Shown in pieces: positions 12,666 through 24,142 of a stretch of 64,000 nucleotides of DNA. A program made the position numbers and the translations under genes. The stretch's first letter is position 1; each line of letters begins with the position of its first letter. Below the pieces are notes generated by a model. The model saw only the letters and a list, made by a program, of their open reading frames with translations. It had not been told where the DNA came from and ran no database searches. Source of the stretch: Octopus sinensis (taxonomy: Eukaryota); the NCBI RefSeq assembly GCF_006345805.1, contig NC_042997.1, positions 194,308,001 through 194,372,000 of the forward strand, in the 5' to 3' direction.

Positions 12666-13237
12666 GATGCAGGAGTGGCTGTGTGGTAAGTAGCTTGCTT
12701 ACCAACACCATGGTTCCGGGTTCAGTCCCACTGCGTGGCATCTTGGGCAAGTATCTTCTACTATAGCCTTGAGCTGACGAAAGCCTTGTGAGTGGATTTG
12801 GTAGACAGAAAACTGAAAGAAGCCCGTCGTACACACACACACACACACATATATATATGTATGTATGTATGCATGTGTGTGTGCGCGTGCGTGTTTGTCT
12901 TACCAATATTGCTTGACAACCAATGTTGGTGTGTTTACATCCCCGTAACATTTGGCTATTTTCTATTAGACCTTTATTGTCATCTTCCCTTTATTTATAG
13001 TGGGTGGTCCCACTTTATGCCTCGTCATTTGCGACACGCATAGGACACAGGCATAATTCTCTAAGCCAGCATGATCCCACTGTCCCATAAAATATTAAAA
13101 TAGTAATTTTTAAAAAGTTAAAAAATATCTAAAAACATTCTATAGAACGGGTATCATTTGTCAATCCGGTTTTCTTTTTGCTCGATGAAAGGCGGCACTC
13201 CAGCATGGCCACAGTCAAATGACTGAAACAAATAATA

Positions 13238-13278
<41 letters not shown>

Positions 13279-13725
13279 ATTTTAAATTAATAATAAAAGG
13301 GTAAAATTAATTAATTAAATTAATCAATCAATCAATAATTTTACCAAGTAGATTGGTATGTTAAAATAACCTTTATAGGTAAGATTATACAAATATTCTT
13401 TAATTATAAACATAATTAAGAGTCAACTAGTGAAGCAATTAGCTGACCCCTAATTATAATTATAGAATATTTGTATAGAAATTATAGAACCTTTGCATAT
13501 ATATATTTGTGTGTATGTGTATATATATATATATATATATATGAGAGGGAAACCACTATGTGGATGCCCTTATGCTAGAAGTAGATCTGCCATGGTCTTA
13601 CCTCTAAGAAATGTTCTCAAGAAATAAATACAATTTTACTGAACTTTCAGTTTTTTTATATGCTAGACCACTGGTGTGAAATTGATATTAATATCAAATT
13701 TCTCACCCTCATTTTAAATTTTTAA

Positions 13726-13761
<36 letters not shown>

Positions 13762-14154
13762 TTACATATACACACACACTGCTACACTGCCTACATCTAT
13801 GTGGGCAGAAATAACAATATATGCAGTAACTTTTTAAAGTCTTCACAACAGATTTCCTATAGAAATTATAACCAGCACTAAAAGTTATGGCATTTTGTAA
13901 ATGATCGACTTGCTCTGCTAACACAATAGGTCACACTATTGACTAATAAAGCCTCTGATATACTCAGTAGTATATTATATGGTCACAAAACAAAATACCG
14001 TGTTCCCTATCAGCAATTAATATTTACAATACAGAACATCTGTTAATGACGTGTTAATTAATTATATTACAGTGGTTTGTAAAATACTACTTTCTTTGCT
14101 CAGTGAGTCTGAGAGAAAAATACACAACAGAGTTTATGTAGTATATAAGAAAGT

Positions 14155-14351
14155 CTGTGTGTGTGTGTGTGTGTCTCTGTGTGTGTGTGTGTGTCTGTGT
14201 GTGTGTGTGTGTGTCTCTGTGTGTCTGTGTGTGTGTGTGTGTCTCTGTGTCTCTGTGTGTGTGTGTCTCTGTGTGTCTGTGTGTGTGTGTGTGTGTCTGT
14301 GTGTGTGTCTGTCTGTCTGTGTGTGTGTGTGTGTCTGTGTGTGTGTCTGTC

Positions 14352-14382
<31 letters not shown>

Positions 14383-14540
14383 CTGTGTGTGTGTGTGTGT
14401 GTGTCTGTGTGTCTGTCTGTGTGTGTCTGTGTGTGTGTGTGTGTCTGTCTGTGTGTGTGTGTGTGTCTGTCTGTCTGTGTGTGTGTGTCTGTCTGTGTGT
14501 GTGTGTGTGTCTGTCTGTGTGTGTCTGTCTGTCTGTGTGT

Positions 14541-14581
<41 letters not shown>

Positions 14582-15480
14582 TGTCTGTGTGTGTGTCTGT
14601 CTGTGTGTGTGTCTGTCTGTCTGTGTCTGTCTGTGTGTGTGTGTCTGTCTGTCTGTGTGTGTGTGTGTGTGTGTGTCTGTCTGTCTGTCTGTGTCTGTCT
14701 GTCTGTCTGTGTGTGTGTCTGTCTGTGTGTGTGTGTGTGTCTGTCTGTCTGTCTGTCTGTGTCTGTGTCTGTCTGTCTGTCTGTGTCTGTGTCTGTCTGT
14801 CTGTCTGTGTCTGTCTGTCTGTCTGTGTCTGTGTCTGTCTGTGTGTGTCTGTGTCTGTCTGTCTGTCTGTGTCTGTGTCTGTGTGTCTGTCTGTCTGTGT
14901 GTCTGTGTCTGTCTGTCTGTCTGTCTCTGTCTGTGTCTGTCTGTCTGTGTCTGTCTGTCTCTGTCTGTGCGTGTCTGTCTGTGCGTGTCTGTCTGTGCGT
15001 GTCTGTCTGTGCGTGTCTGTCTGTGCGTGTCTGTCTGTGCGTGTCTGTCTGTGCGTGTCTGTCTGTGCGTGTCTGTCTGTGCGCGTCTGTCTGTGCGCGT
15101 CTGTCTGTGCGCGTCTGTCTGTGCGCGTCTGTCTGTGCGCGTCTGTCTGTGCGCGTCTGTCTGTGCGCGTCTGTCTGTGCGCGTCTGTCTGTGCGCGTCT
15201 GTCTGTGCGCGTCTGTCTGTGCGCGTCTGTCTGTGCGCGTCTGTCTGTGCGCGTCTGTCTGTGCGCGTCTGTCTGTGCGCGTCTGTCTGTGCGCGTCTGT
15301 CTGTGCGCGTCTGTGCGCGTCTGTCTGCGTCTGTCTGCGTCTGTCTGCGTCTGTCTGCGTCTGTCTGCGTCTGTCTGCGTCTGTCTGCGTCTGTCTGTGT
15401 CTGTGCATGTCTGTGTCTGTGTGTGTCTGTGCATGTCTGTGTCTGTGTATGTGTCTGTGTGTGTGTATGTATGCACATGT
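14155..15480. repeat. 1.3-kb compound GT/GTCT/14-mer/10-mer microsatellite
   Basis: (GT)n and GTCT, then GTCTGTCTGTGCGT, GTCTGTCTGTGCGC and CTGTCTGCGT blocks; source of six spurious 450-540 aa ORFs. Confidence 0.97.
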
Positions 15481-15773
15481 GCACACAGGATTTTTTCTTT
15501 TTGCATCGTTCTTTCCACAGAGTCATTCAAAAATACTGGAAATGGTTTGGGGGTTAAAAATGAAAAGACAAGGAAAACAATTCCATTTGTTGGGGTGAGG
15601 TGGGGTGATAGGTGAGGGAGGGGTCTGTATAAAAAAATAAATAAAAACCAGATATGAGCAAAAACAGTCAACAAATTAACATGGAACTTAGCATCTTTGT
15701 TCGTTCCCGGCATTAACAAAATTTAGGTTACACCAATTCTCTGACAAAAAGGCACTAAACTATTTGGTTGGAA

Positions 15774-15911
15774 TCACAACTCGTCGTGGAATTGTGCAGC
15801 AGATAGAAACCATTCCTCGTAGACTTTCTTGGGGTCAATCATCCAATGTTTGTGAAAGGAAATGGGATCCTGAAGATCCAGTAGTTCTTTGTTGTAATCA
15901 TTGGGTCTCGC
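15774..15911 (-). CDS. B3GLCT: B3GLCT terminal coding exon 14 (ARPNDYNKELLDLQDPISFHKHWMIDPKKVYEEWFLSAAQFHDEL*)
   Basis: ARP-DY...PISFHKHW-IDP-KVY matches the human C-terminus (recalled); CAG acceptor; TGA at 15776-15774; ends in ER-retrieval signal HDEL. Confidence 0.97.
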   Translation of the reverse strand, partial: ARPNDYNKELLDLQDPISFHKHWMIDPKKVYEEWFLSAAQFHDEL

Positions 15912-16959
15912 CTGTTTAGGAATAAAAGAAACATTATCAAAGTCCTTCATAAAGATAATAAAATAAGGAACATTACAAAGACATAGTGGAGGCATGTGGC
16001 TTAGTGGTTAGAAAAGCAGACTCGCAGTCAAGGGATCTTGGGTTCAAATCTCAGACTGGGCGATCATCATCATCATCGTTTAACGTCCGCTCTCCATGCT
16101 AGCATGGGTTGGACGAATGACTGAGGGCTGGCGAACCAGATGGCTGCACCAGGCTTCAATCTTGATCTGGCAGAGTTTCTACAGCTGGATGCCCTTCCTA
16201 ACGCCAACCACTCCGAGAGTGTAGTGGGTGCTTTTACGTGTCACTGGCACAGGGCCAGTCAGGCGGTACTGGCAACAACCTTGCTCGAATCTTTTACGCA
16301 TGCCACCGGCACAGGTGCCAGTAAGGTAATGTTGGTAACGATCATGCTCGAATGGTGTCTTTTACATGCCACCAGCACGGAGGCCAGATAGCCCCTCTGG
16401 CAATGATCACATTCAGCTGGTGCTCTTAATACCCGATGTATGTGTTTATGTAGAAAACACCTGAGCTCCACGCGGCTCCGGCAGAAGGTAATGGCAAACC
16501 TCTGCTGACTCTTTTGTCACAACTTTCTCTCACTCTTTCATCCTGCATCTAGCAGCTTACCTGTGACGGACCGGCGTGCCATCCAGGTGGGGAACCTATA
16601 TGCTAATGAAACAGGGAAACTGGCCCCTTATGAGCCTGGCATGGCTCGAGAAGGAACAAACAAAGACATAGATGTTAAATAGAGAGAAGAAATATACTTT
16701 TGCTCGTCACTGATCTGGGATCATAGAAATCATGCCAAATCAGATTGGAGCCCGGTGCAGGTTCCCAGCTTACCAATTTTCAATCAAATCGTCCAACCCA
16801 TGCCAGCATGGAAAATGAATGTTAAATGATGACGACGATGATGATAACAGATTATCTGTCTGTTTGTCACAGCATTCACTAATCTCTATACATATCACAG
16901 TTTAACTAAAAGACAACTGAATTTAGATAGAGGAATGAAGGGCAAGCTGTAGGGTTTAC

Positions 16960-17107
16960 CTGGTGAAACAAAGAACTGTGAATAACAGGGATATTGAGGT
17001 TCTGCAAACAAATTCCAAGAATCATGTCATCTGGAGAATCGTCACGAGGACAGCTACAGAGGTTGCTGCTGACCATAGACTGGACTGCTGCTCGACTGAA
17101 CACCATC
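16960..17107 (-). CDS. B3GLCT: B3GLCT coding exon 13 (MVFSRAAVQSMVSSNLCSCPRDDSPDDMILGICLQNLNIPVIHSSLFHQ)
   Basis: PDDM-LG catalytic-base motif and LFHQ; CAG/GTAAA boundaries; 148 nt, phase 2/0. Confidence 0.97.
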
Positions 17108-17499
17108 CTGGTGGTGGAGAAAAATCATAAAACATGAGAAGGTCAATGAAATATATTGAAAAATGTTGAACAGAGAGAGACGGGGGGAGAGAGAGATAAA
17201 GGCAGACAGACAAAGTTTTTAACGATACTTCAATTTTTTTTTTCATCTTTTGGCTAGAAGGGAATGCAATTCCAATGGCCCTTTATAGTGCCTCCAAGAC
17301 TAGTGGGGGAGCATGAGAGGAACGTGAGAGGGGAGCATGAGAGGAACATGAAAGGGGAGCATGAGAGCGACGTGAGAGATGGGAAGAGAGAGGGAGAGAG
17401 ACACAAGTCAGGGAGAGGGACGAGAAAGGGGGAGAGAGACACACACACACCATCGGGGCAACACACACATACCATTGGAGCGACACGCACACACCAACG

Positions 17500-17715
17500 G
17501 GACGACATACACACAGCAATGGGACAACATACAGCTATAGGGCAACATACATACAGCAATAGGACACAATGCACACAGCAATAGGACAATGCATACAGCA
17601 ATAGGACACAATGCATACAGCAATAGGACACAATGCATACAGCAATAGGACACAATGTATACAGCAATAGGACACAATGTATACAGTAATAGGACACAAT
17701 GTATACAGCAATATA
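17500..17715. repeat. 22-bp minisatellite (TACAGCAATAGGACACAATGCA), about 8 copies
   Basis: Direct tandem units starting about 50 nt into the intron after B3GLCT exon 12. Confidence 0.9.
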
Positions 17716-17767
17716 ATATACACTGAAAACTGATGCAATACATCAGACTATGAAACAACATACATAC

Positions 17768-17890
17768 CCTCCACCTCCAGTGATATAATTGTAACCAGAA
17801 CCAGTTGTGACACCATAGCCATACCTCTCTCCAATAGCCAGAGCTTCAGCTGGGTTGTAACAGGCCAACATTTTCCGCAGTCTTGTGATA
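17768..17890 (-). CDS. B3GLCT: B3GLCT coding exon 12 ([41 protein letters not shown])
   Basis: GERYGYG...Y-YITGGGG motif; CAG/GTATG boundaries; 123 nt, phase 2/2. Confidence 0.97.
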
Positions 17891-18129
17891 CTGTTATGTA
17901 AAATAGGTTTCATTATAACACAATTATATGTATACACAGATGCACACATGTGCATGCACACTCACACACAAGCTGTCTGAGAGGTTAAAAATACATTCTT
18001 TATAACATTCATCATGGTAACCCTTGACATCATCATCTCATGCCGGTACCATGCAATACGCACCCATGCTGGCACCATCTAAAAAGTACCCATGCCAGTG
18101 CCACGCAAATAGCACCAAGTCCACACTAT

Positions 18130-18670
18130 AAAGTGGATGGCATTAAGAAGGGAATCCAGCTCCCAAAACCATGCATGGGAGCCATTTGTGTGACACCAGG
18201 GTCCATTTACATACCACAGCATGGGTGCCAGAAGCATCTATGTGCCACGGCCATGGGTGCCAGTTTGTGTGACACCGGGGTGCATTTGTGTCACTGGCCT
18301 GGGTGCCATTTGCATGACACTGGGGTGCATTTATGTACCACCGGCATGAGTGCCAATTTGTGTGATGCCAAGGTGTATTTATGTGCCACCGGCATGGGTG
18401 CCATTTGCCTGACATTGGGGTGCATGTATGTGCCACTGGCATGGGTGCCAACTCGCAAGAGACCAGAGTGCATTTATGTGCCACTGAAACGGGTGCCATT
18501 TGCATGACACCAGGGTGTATATATGTACCAGTAGCATATATACCAGTTTGAGTGACCTCGGAGTGCATTTATGCACCACCAACACAGGAGCCAATTTTTG
18601 TGACACTGGTGGGTGGAGGGGGTGCATTTACATGTTACCGGCACAGGTGCCAATTTGTGTGACAACGGTA
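18130..18670. repeat. about 39-bp minisatellite related to the internal repeat of SINE family C
   Basis: Units gggtgcatttatgtgccaccggcatgggtgccaatttgtgtgacacc resemble gggtgcttttacgtgccaccggcac in SINE-C copies. Confidence 0.8.
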
Positions 18671-18987
18671 GCTGCAACAACTGTGATTTTGCTTAGCTTG
18701 ATGAGTCATCTCAAGCACAACATAATGCTAAGGGTCTATGTTATAACAATCGCTATAGATTACAGTGGCCTGGGAGGATAGATATAATATCTATGTTATA
18801 ACAGTGTAGTATAGTGACCTGGAATGAATGATATATGATATCTGTGTTAAATATGACCTTTGTGATCCAGTGATTTGGAAAGGTACCACACAGTTGGATT
18901 AGACCTGAGAGCGCATTGTTGGGAAGCAAGGCCGCTTAAGCTCACAACCACAATTGTACCAAATATCACATAAAAATTAATTCTTAC

Positions 18988-19090
18988 CTAATAATGGTAT
19001 CATCATCAACAATGAGTAACCATGGTTTACTGGAGATCGAGGGTTCTCGAAGAGCTCGTATGAGAATGTTGTATGTCTTTTTGCAGTGAC
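18988..19090 (-). CDS. B3GLCT: B3GLCT coding exon 11 (HCKKTYNILIRALREPSISSKPWLLIVDDDTII), DxD motif
   Basis: GHC-KT and W-IVDDDT metal/nucleotide-sugar binding motif; CAG/GTAAG boundaries; 103 nt, phase 1/2. Confidence 0.97.
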
Positions 19091-19502
19091 CTGAAAAGGT
19101 GTGTATATATGAAAAGGTGTGTATATATGAAAAGGTGTAAGGAGAGACACACAAATAAGAAAGAAGAAAGCAAAGGACCACTGATGCGGTCACAGAAGTG
19201 TGATGAAAGAACTCTGGCCTAAATAAGATTAAGATTAATGTAAAAAGTAAATAACGCTGAAGCAAAGTAACACCAAATATATAGTGCGTGTGTTTTTATT
19301 GGCTAAACTGGCAAAATGACCATTCCTAAATACAACACTATATATATAATAATATTTATATATTATTGATTTTTCATCATTACCATCGTTTAACATCCGT
19401 TTTCCATGCTAGCATGGGTTGGACAGTTCAACCGGGGCCTGGGAAGCCAGGAGGCTGCACCAGTCAAGATATATCACATCCACGCTTGAGTCATTAAGCA
19501 GC

Positions 19503-19950
19503 TATTTTAACACCCAGTCGTAGTGTTTTAGGAGCTGTGTCAGACAGCTTCTACCTGGATGAAATCCATGCTGGGTGTCAGTCAGCAAGTCATTTTCTTC
19601 TAGGAACGTGATTAGTTTCTTGTGGACTATTCGTTCCGTGACTTTACTGATGTGTGAGGTCAGAGAGATAGGCCTATGATTTTTAGCATCTGCTCTGCTT
19701 CCTCCCTTATGTTTAGGGCTTATTATCCTTTCCTTCAGTATTTCTGGGAGCTTACCACTTGCAAGGAAGCTCTGGAAGAGAAGCTGCAGTGGTTTTGTAA
19801 GAGCTCGCTTGCATGATTTGAGTAGTACTGCTGGAAACCCATCCATGCCAGCCACTGAGTTTGTGTCAACCTCATATATGGCTAGTATTACATCTTCTTC
19901 AATGTTTATGTACTCAATTTTTTTAACCTCTTTGGTTTTAGGTAATATAT
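19503..19950 (-). mobile_element. CR1-like LINE reverse transcriptase fragment
   Basis: AGMDGFPAVLLKSC...PKHKGG...NHRPISLTSHISKVTERIV...QHGFHPGRSCLTQLL, RT domains 0-2 of non-LTR elements; truncated, followed by a stop. Confidence 0.92.
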
Positions 19951-19998
<48 letters not shown>

Positions 19999-20570
19999 AT
20001 ATACACATATATATACACATATATATATATACACATATATATATATACACATATATATATATATATATATATAAATGATAATATATATATATATGATGAT
20101 ATATATATGATAATATATATACGATAATAACAATAATTATAATATATATATATATCCATGCTAGCATGGAAAGCAGACATTAAATGATGATGATGATGAT
20201 TATATATATATATATATACACACATATATATGTTTAACATTGGCAGAGCCATACAATGATATAGAATAAAACACTAGCATTTGCTACCAATTCTTGCTCC
20301 CAAGAAGGTCAACATCCTGAAATTCCTTTCCTGCCCTGGGGTTTTTTTTGTTTTTTTCCTGTAGACTTTGACACAGATCACAGATGCTCAAACTGGCCAT
20401 AATTCATACTGATCTTAACATTCTGGAAAGACCTGCAAAGGTCATGGACACAACCCCTTCCTACACACTAAGTCATAAAAATGTGACAGGCTCTAACAAC
20501 AGAGCACAAAATCAGTAAAAACAGACAAAAATAATGTATAGAAGACAACAAATATTTAAATATTTATTAC

Positions 20571-20684
20571 CTCTTTCTGTATTTCGAACACCAAGACTAA
20601 TTGTTGGTATGGATAAATCTTCAACATCACTGTACAACTCAGCATGTTTTGCTTCTCTTAACCATGTAGACTTGATAATTGGGA
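20571..20684 (-). CDS. B3GLCT: B3GLCT coding exon 10 (VPIIKSTWLREAKHAELYSDVEDLSIPTISLGVRNTERG)
   Basis: Resembles human IPIVKQTW...YYSD...SIPTVDLGIPNTDRG (recalled); TAG/GTAAT boundaries; 114 nt, phase 1/1. Confidence 0.96.
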
Positions 20685-21075
20685 CTAAAATGAAAAGAAA
20701 ACCAAGAAAAGTAAGGAAAGAGAAGTTCCACACATGCAGTAAATACATGAAATTACCCTACCTTTCATATACGGAGTGGTTGGCATTAGGAAGGGCATCC
20801 AGCTGTAGAAACCTTACCATATCAGATTGGAGCCAGGTACAGCCTTTTGGCTGGCCAGTCCTCAGTCAAACTGTCCAACTCAAGCCAGCATGGAAATCGG
20901 ATGTTAAATGATGATGATGATGTGTATACCGTAAATCCTCGAGTATAATCCACATGACATTATGGCTCAGGATCCTGTTGGGATTTAAACTCTGAATGCA
21001 AAGTACTAAAACATATGCCACAAAGCATTCTTGACAGAGATCTCTATTTGTCTCTATCTTTGGCTAAGAATTGCA

Positions 21076-22082
21076 CCATAAATCCTCGAGTATAATCCGC
21101 ATTTTTTTCCCAAAATTTAAAGGTCAAAATCCCTAGTGCGTATTATACACGCGGTTAAAAATGAAAATTATTTTCTAAACAATGTCCGAATCTCTATTTG
21201 CTGTCTGACTATGTCTATTCAGACACATTTTGTGATGTCAGGCACAAAATTACCTTAAGCTAAGCCTGAAAACAATGAAGTCATAAAAGAATCATCATTA
21301 ACTTGCAGTAAGCAACATTTATTGAATGTTATTACTGTTATTTCTTTATTTTCTGCAAACAAAATGCACAAAAAAGCTACACACTTGCATTATGTTATAT
21401 ATACAACTAGCAGTATCGCCCGGCGTTGCTCGGGTTTGTAAGGGAAATAACTATATAAGCATTTTTAGAGAGTTACTTCCCTTATAGATGCCAATTCGGG
21501 CTTTCTTAGCCATTTCTGTTTTGGTGTCTTCAAGCCATGAAGTCGTTGGTCTCCTTGACAACGCATTACGACGTTGATCTCCTTGACAACGCATTATGAC
21601 GTTGATTTCATTACACTCCCTTCCCCACAGCTTCACGAGGGAGGGAAGAAGTGGGAGAAGCAAACACAGGTGCAGGTGTTTGAGCGTGGACGCCAACTCC
21701 GCCGCCATCGACACACGAAATATTATGCATTAAAATGGAATAAAAAATGATGTTAAATTATTTTTAAAATCGTAGACTCATCGTAGACGCACGCTAATAC
21801 TCAGAAGGGCTCGATATGAATCACGACTATAAGATACCCGAATTTGGTTAAACTGCACTGCAAAATGTGGGAGTAGTTAGGAATCTAAATCGAAGGGGAC
21901 AGACACTCACACAGCTACAGTTTTATATATATAGATAATAATAAAGGACGTTGCCGTATACAGTTTTACAAACCAAGGATGTTATATAGACCTCCTTGAC
22001 TCAAGTTAGAGTAGGGGGTGCATATTATACACAGGGTTTAGGTTATTATACTCATGGGCGGACTATACTCAAGGATTTATGG
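21076..22082. mobile_element. Tc1/mariner-pogo-type MITE interrupted by a Helitron
   Basis: TIRs CCATAAATCCTCGAGTATAATCC / GGACTATACTCAAGGATTTATGG-TA; another isolated left end at 20929. Confidence 0.8.
21409..21935 (-). mobile_element. non-autonomous Helitron, copy 1
   Basis: Minus strand begins A|TC and ends CCCGAGCAACGCCGGG hairpin...CTAG|T; no TSD; closely similar to 40678-41195. Confidence 0.88.
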
Positions 22083-22815
22083 TATATGTCTGAATGGTGA
22101 AGGCATGTAGCTTAGTAGTTAGAGGTATTTGGCTCATGATCATAAGGTGAAGAGTTCAATTCCTGATGGTGCATCGTACTTTGAGCAAAACACTTTATTT
22201 CACATTGCTCCAGTCCACTCAGCTGGCAAAAATAAATCATACCTGTATTTCAAAGGGCCAGCCTTGTCACATTCTGTGTCCTGCTAAGTCTCCCAAAGAA
22301 CTACATTAAAACCTCATGTGAATGTACATACACTCTAAGTGTATATGACCAATTTTGGCAGATGGAAACTGTAGGAAGCTCATTGCGCATATATATAAAT
22401 CAAACCATGCCAATGAAGACAGAGAACCTGGCAGAGCCCTCTGGTACATCTGTTCTTGTCAAACTATCCAACCCATGACAGCATGGAAAAGATGTTAAAT
22501 GACAATGATGAAATCAAACACCCACCTCAGTCAGTTCAAAACTCCAGGAATTACAACCATGTTTCGTGGTCTGCTACCACAACAGCTCCTTTATAGGATC
22601 CAGTTAGCTTAAGACATCATCAGGAGGAACCACGTCCAGTTTCGGCCCCTACTCCTCTACCGTTTTGACGTGGCGGGGCCCCCTCCCCTTTCGGAGGTGT
22701 CTTCAGCTCTGGGTGTTGGGTGCATGTCTTCTTCCTTCTGTTTCCTGGCCTCTTTGATGTATCGTCAGCGAGTGTCAGCCGGTGACTGACTGTCTTGTCA
22801 AATTTCTCCCTTTAA

Positions 22816-23035
22816 CCCTTTAGTGTTTGCATTATTCTGCCAAAATTAATCCTTTTTTATTCAAATTGTTTTGAACTAATCATTCATTATCTTGTAGCTT
22901 TGAGATTTTGATGAGGTAGCTGTTAATTTTTAAAGCGATATTGTAGGGTTGGTGTGAGAGACCAGATCTGGCCAGTTTGAACATAAAACAGTAAAATACT
23001 TCTGGCCGGATATGGCCGGTTTAAATGCTAAAGGG
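22816..23035. mobile_element. piggyBac-type MITE (TTAA TSD); diverged second copy 59269-59487
   Basis: TTAA-CCCTTTAG...CTAAAGGG-TTAA. Confidence 0.85.
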
Positions 23036-23223
23036 TTAAATACGTGCTGCAAGGCTCCAGCAGGCAGCCCCAGCAAGTTGTCACGTGACACTGTCTCACC
23101 TTAACTGACTAGTGAATTACCCATTCCCTTGGTTTCTACCTCAAACTATGGCAGAAATCACTCTGGCCCCTGAAGAACCAAATCTCAGATTACTGAATGT
23201 ATTATTTCAAAGTAAATACTTAC

Positions 23224-23293
23224 CTCGTTCATTGTGAAATTTCTGGCATGTCTTCACAGCCACAAACAAGTCATTACTTGAGATAGGGGCACC
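23224..23293 (-). CDS. B3GLCT: B3GLCT coding exon 9 (GAPISSNDLFVAVKTCQKFHNER)
   Basis: FVAVKTC-KFH motif of Fringe/GT31 enzymes; CAG/GTAAGT boundaries; 70 nt, phase 0/1. Not in the ORF track. Confidence 0.96.
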
Positions 23294-23382
23294 CTGGGAT
23301 TAAAATAACAGACAAACATTATTATTATTATGTCCACAACATAATACAGTGCAAACATCAAACTAACATATATACTTTGGAG

Positions 23383-24142
23383 CAGTGTTTCCCAACCTTT
23401 TTACCTTTGTGTAACCCTTAGAATAAATTACATGTCTCAAGGAACCCCTGCACAAAAAAAATTATATACTATATCTTTCTCATATTTTTACAGCGATGTT
23501 CATGTGATATATATATATATATATACGACCTCGAACCCACAAGAGTAAACAAGAGAGACAGAGACAGGCAGAAACAAGGAAAATACCACTTGTATTTGAA
23601 CACTATACAAATATTCTTTTAAAAAAAAACTTTACTTTTAATTTTTCTAAACTTAATTATTTAATTGTTACAGTTGAAAAAGTCTCAATGACTGCAACCG
23701 GTACTGAAATGTTTTTTATAAAATTATTTTAGCATTTTCTATCTTGACTTTTTTTTTCCATATATATATATATATATATATATATCACTTTGATCACTTT
23801 GACCGACCAGTCCGTCAGGCATCCATTTGACACTGCTGGTCACAGCACGCTGTCCACTCCTCCCTGGATCACGCCTTTCTCATCCACGTGATCCCAATCG
23901 TCCTCTTGAAATCATCCTATATATATATCCCTAATGGTTGTTATATTTTTCTGATAATATAAAAGGTGAAATAGGATGATGTCTGTATTACAGTATTACA
24001 ATAACCAATAAGTTGTGCATGCATAGTAATATTACAATCATGAAATTAGCATTAGCTTACATCTCACCCTTTCTTTCGGGGAACCCCTAGGAACCTTTTG
24101 CAGAACCCTAGGGTTTCAGGAAACCCCAATTGAGAAATGCTG
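23383..24142. mobile_element. hAT (Charlie-like) non-autonomous element
   Basis: TIRs CAGTGTTTCCCAA / TTGAGAAATGCTG; 8-bp TSD ctttggag / ctttagat (6/8); begins 90 bp from B3GLCT exon 9. Confidence 0.75.

Noticed and set aside
12460-12951. ORFs such as LPNPLTRLWSARGYSRRHLPKVPRSGTEPGTMWL recurring many times
   Set aside because: Antisense translations of SINE family B, not a gene family.
13709-13924. Cys-rich ORF MLAEQVDHLQ...CIYCYFCPHRCRQC
   Set aside because: No recognisable family, runs into a TA/CA microsatellite, weak splice support.
14051-15719. Six ORFs of 450-540 aa (CV/HT/QTD repeats)
   Set aside because: Translations of a stop-free microsatellite in all frames; the same applies to ORFs at 24.6-25.0, 33.3-33.9, 49.8-50.6 and 52.0-53.2 kb.
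17500-18670. Regularly spaced repeats resembling a CRISPR array
   Set aside because: Eukaryotic intron, head-to-tail units with no unique spacers, no cas genes.
22600-22660. CTGATGA and CGAAAC on the minus strand, suggesting a type II hammerhead
   Set aside because: Stem II strands are not complementary and position 17 would be G.
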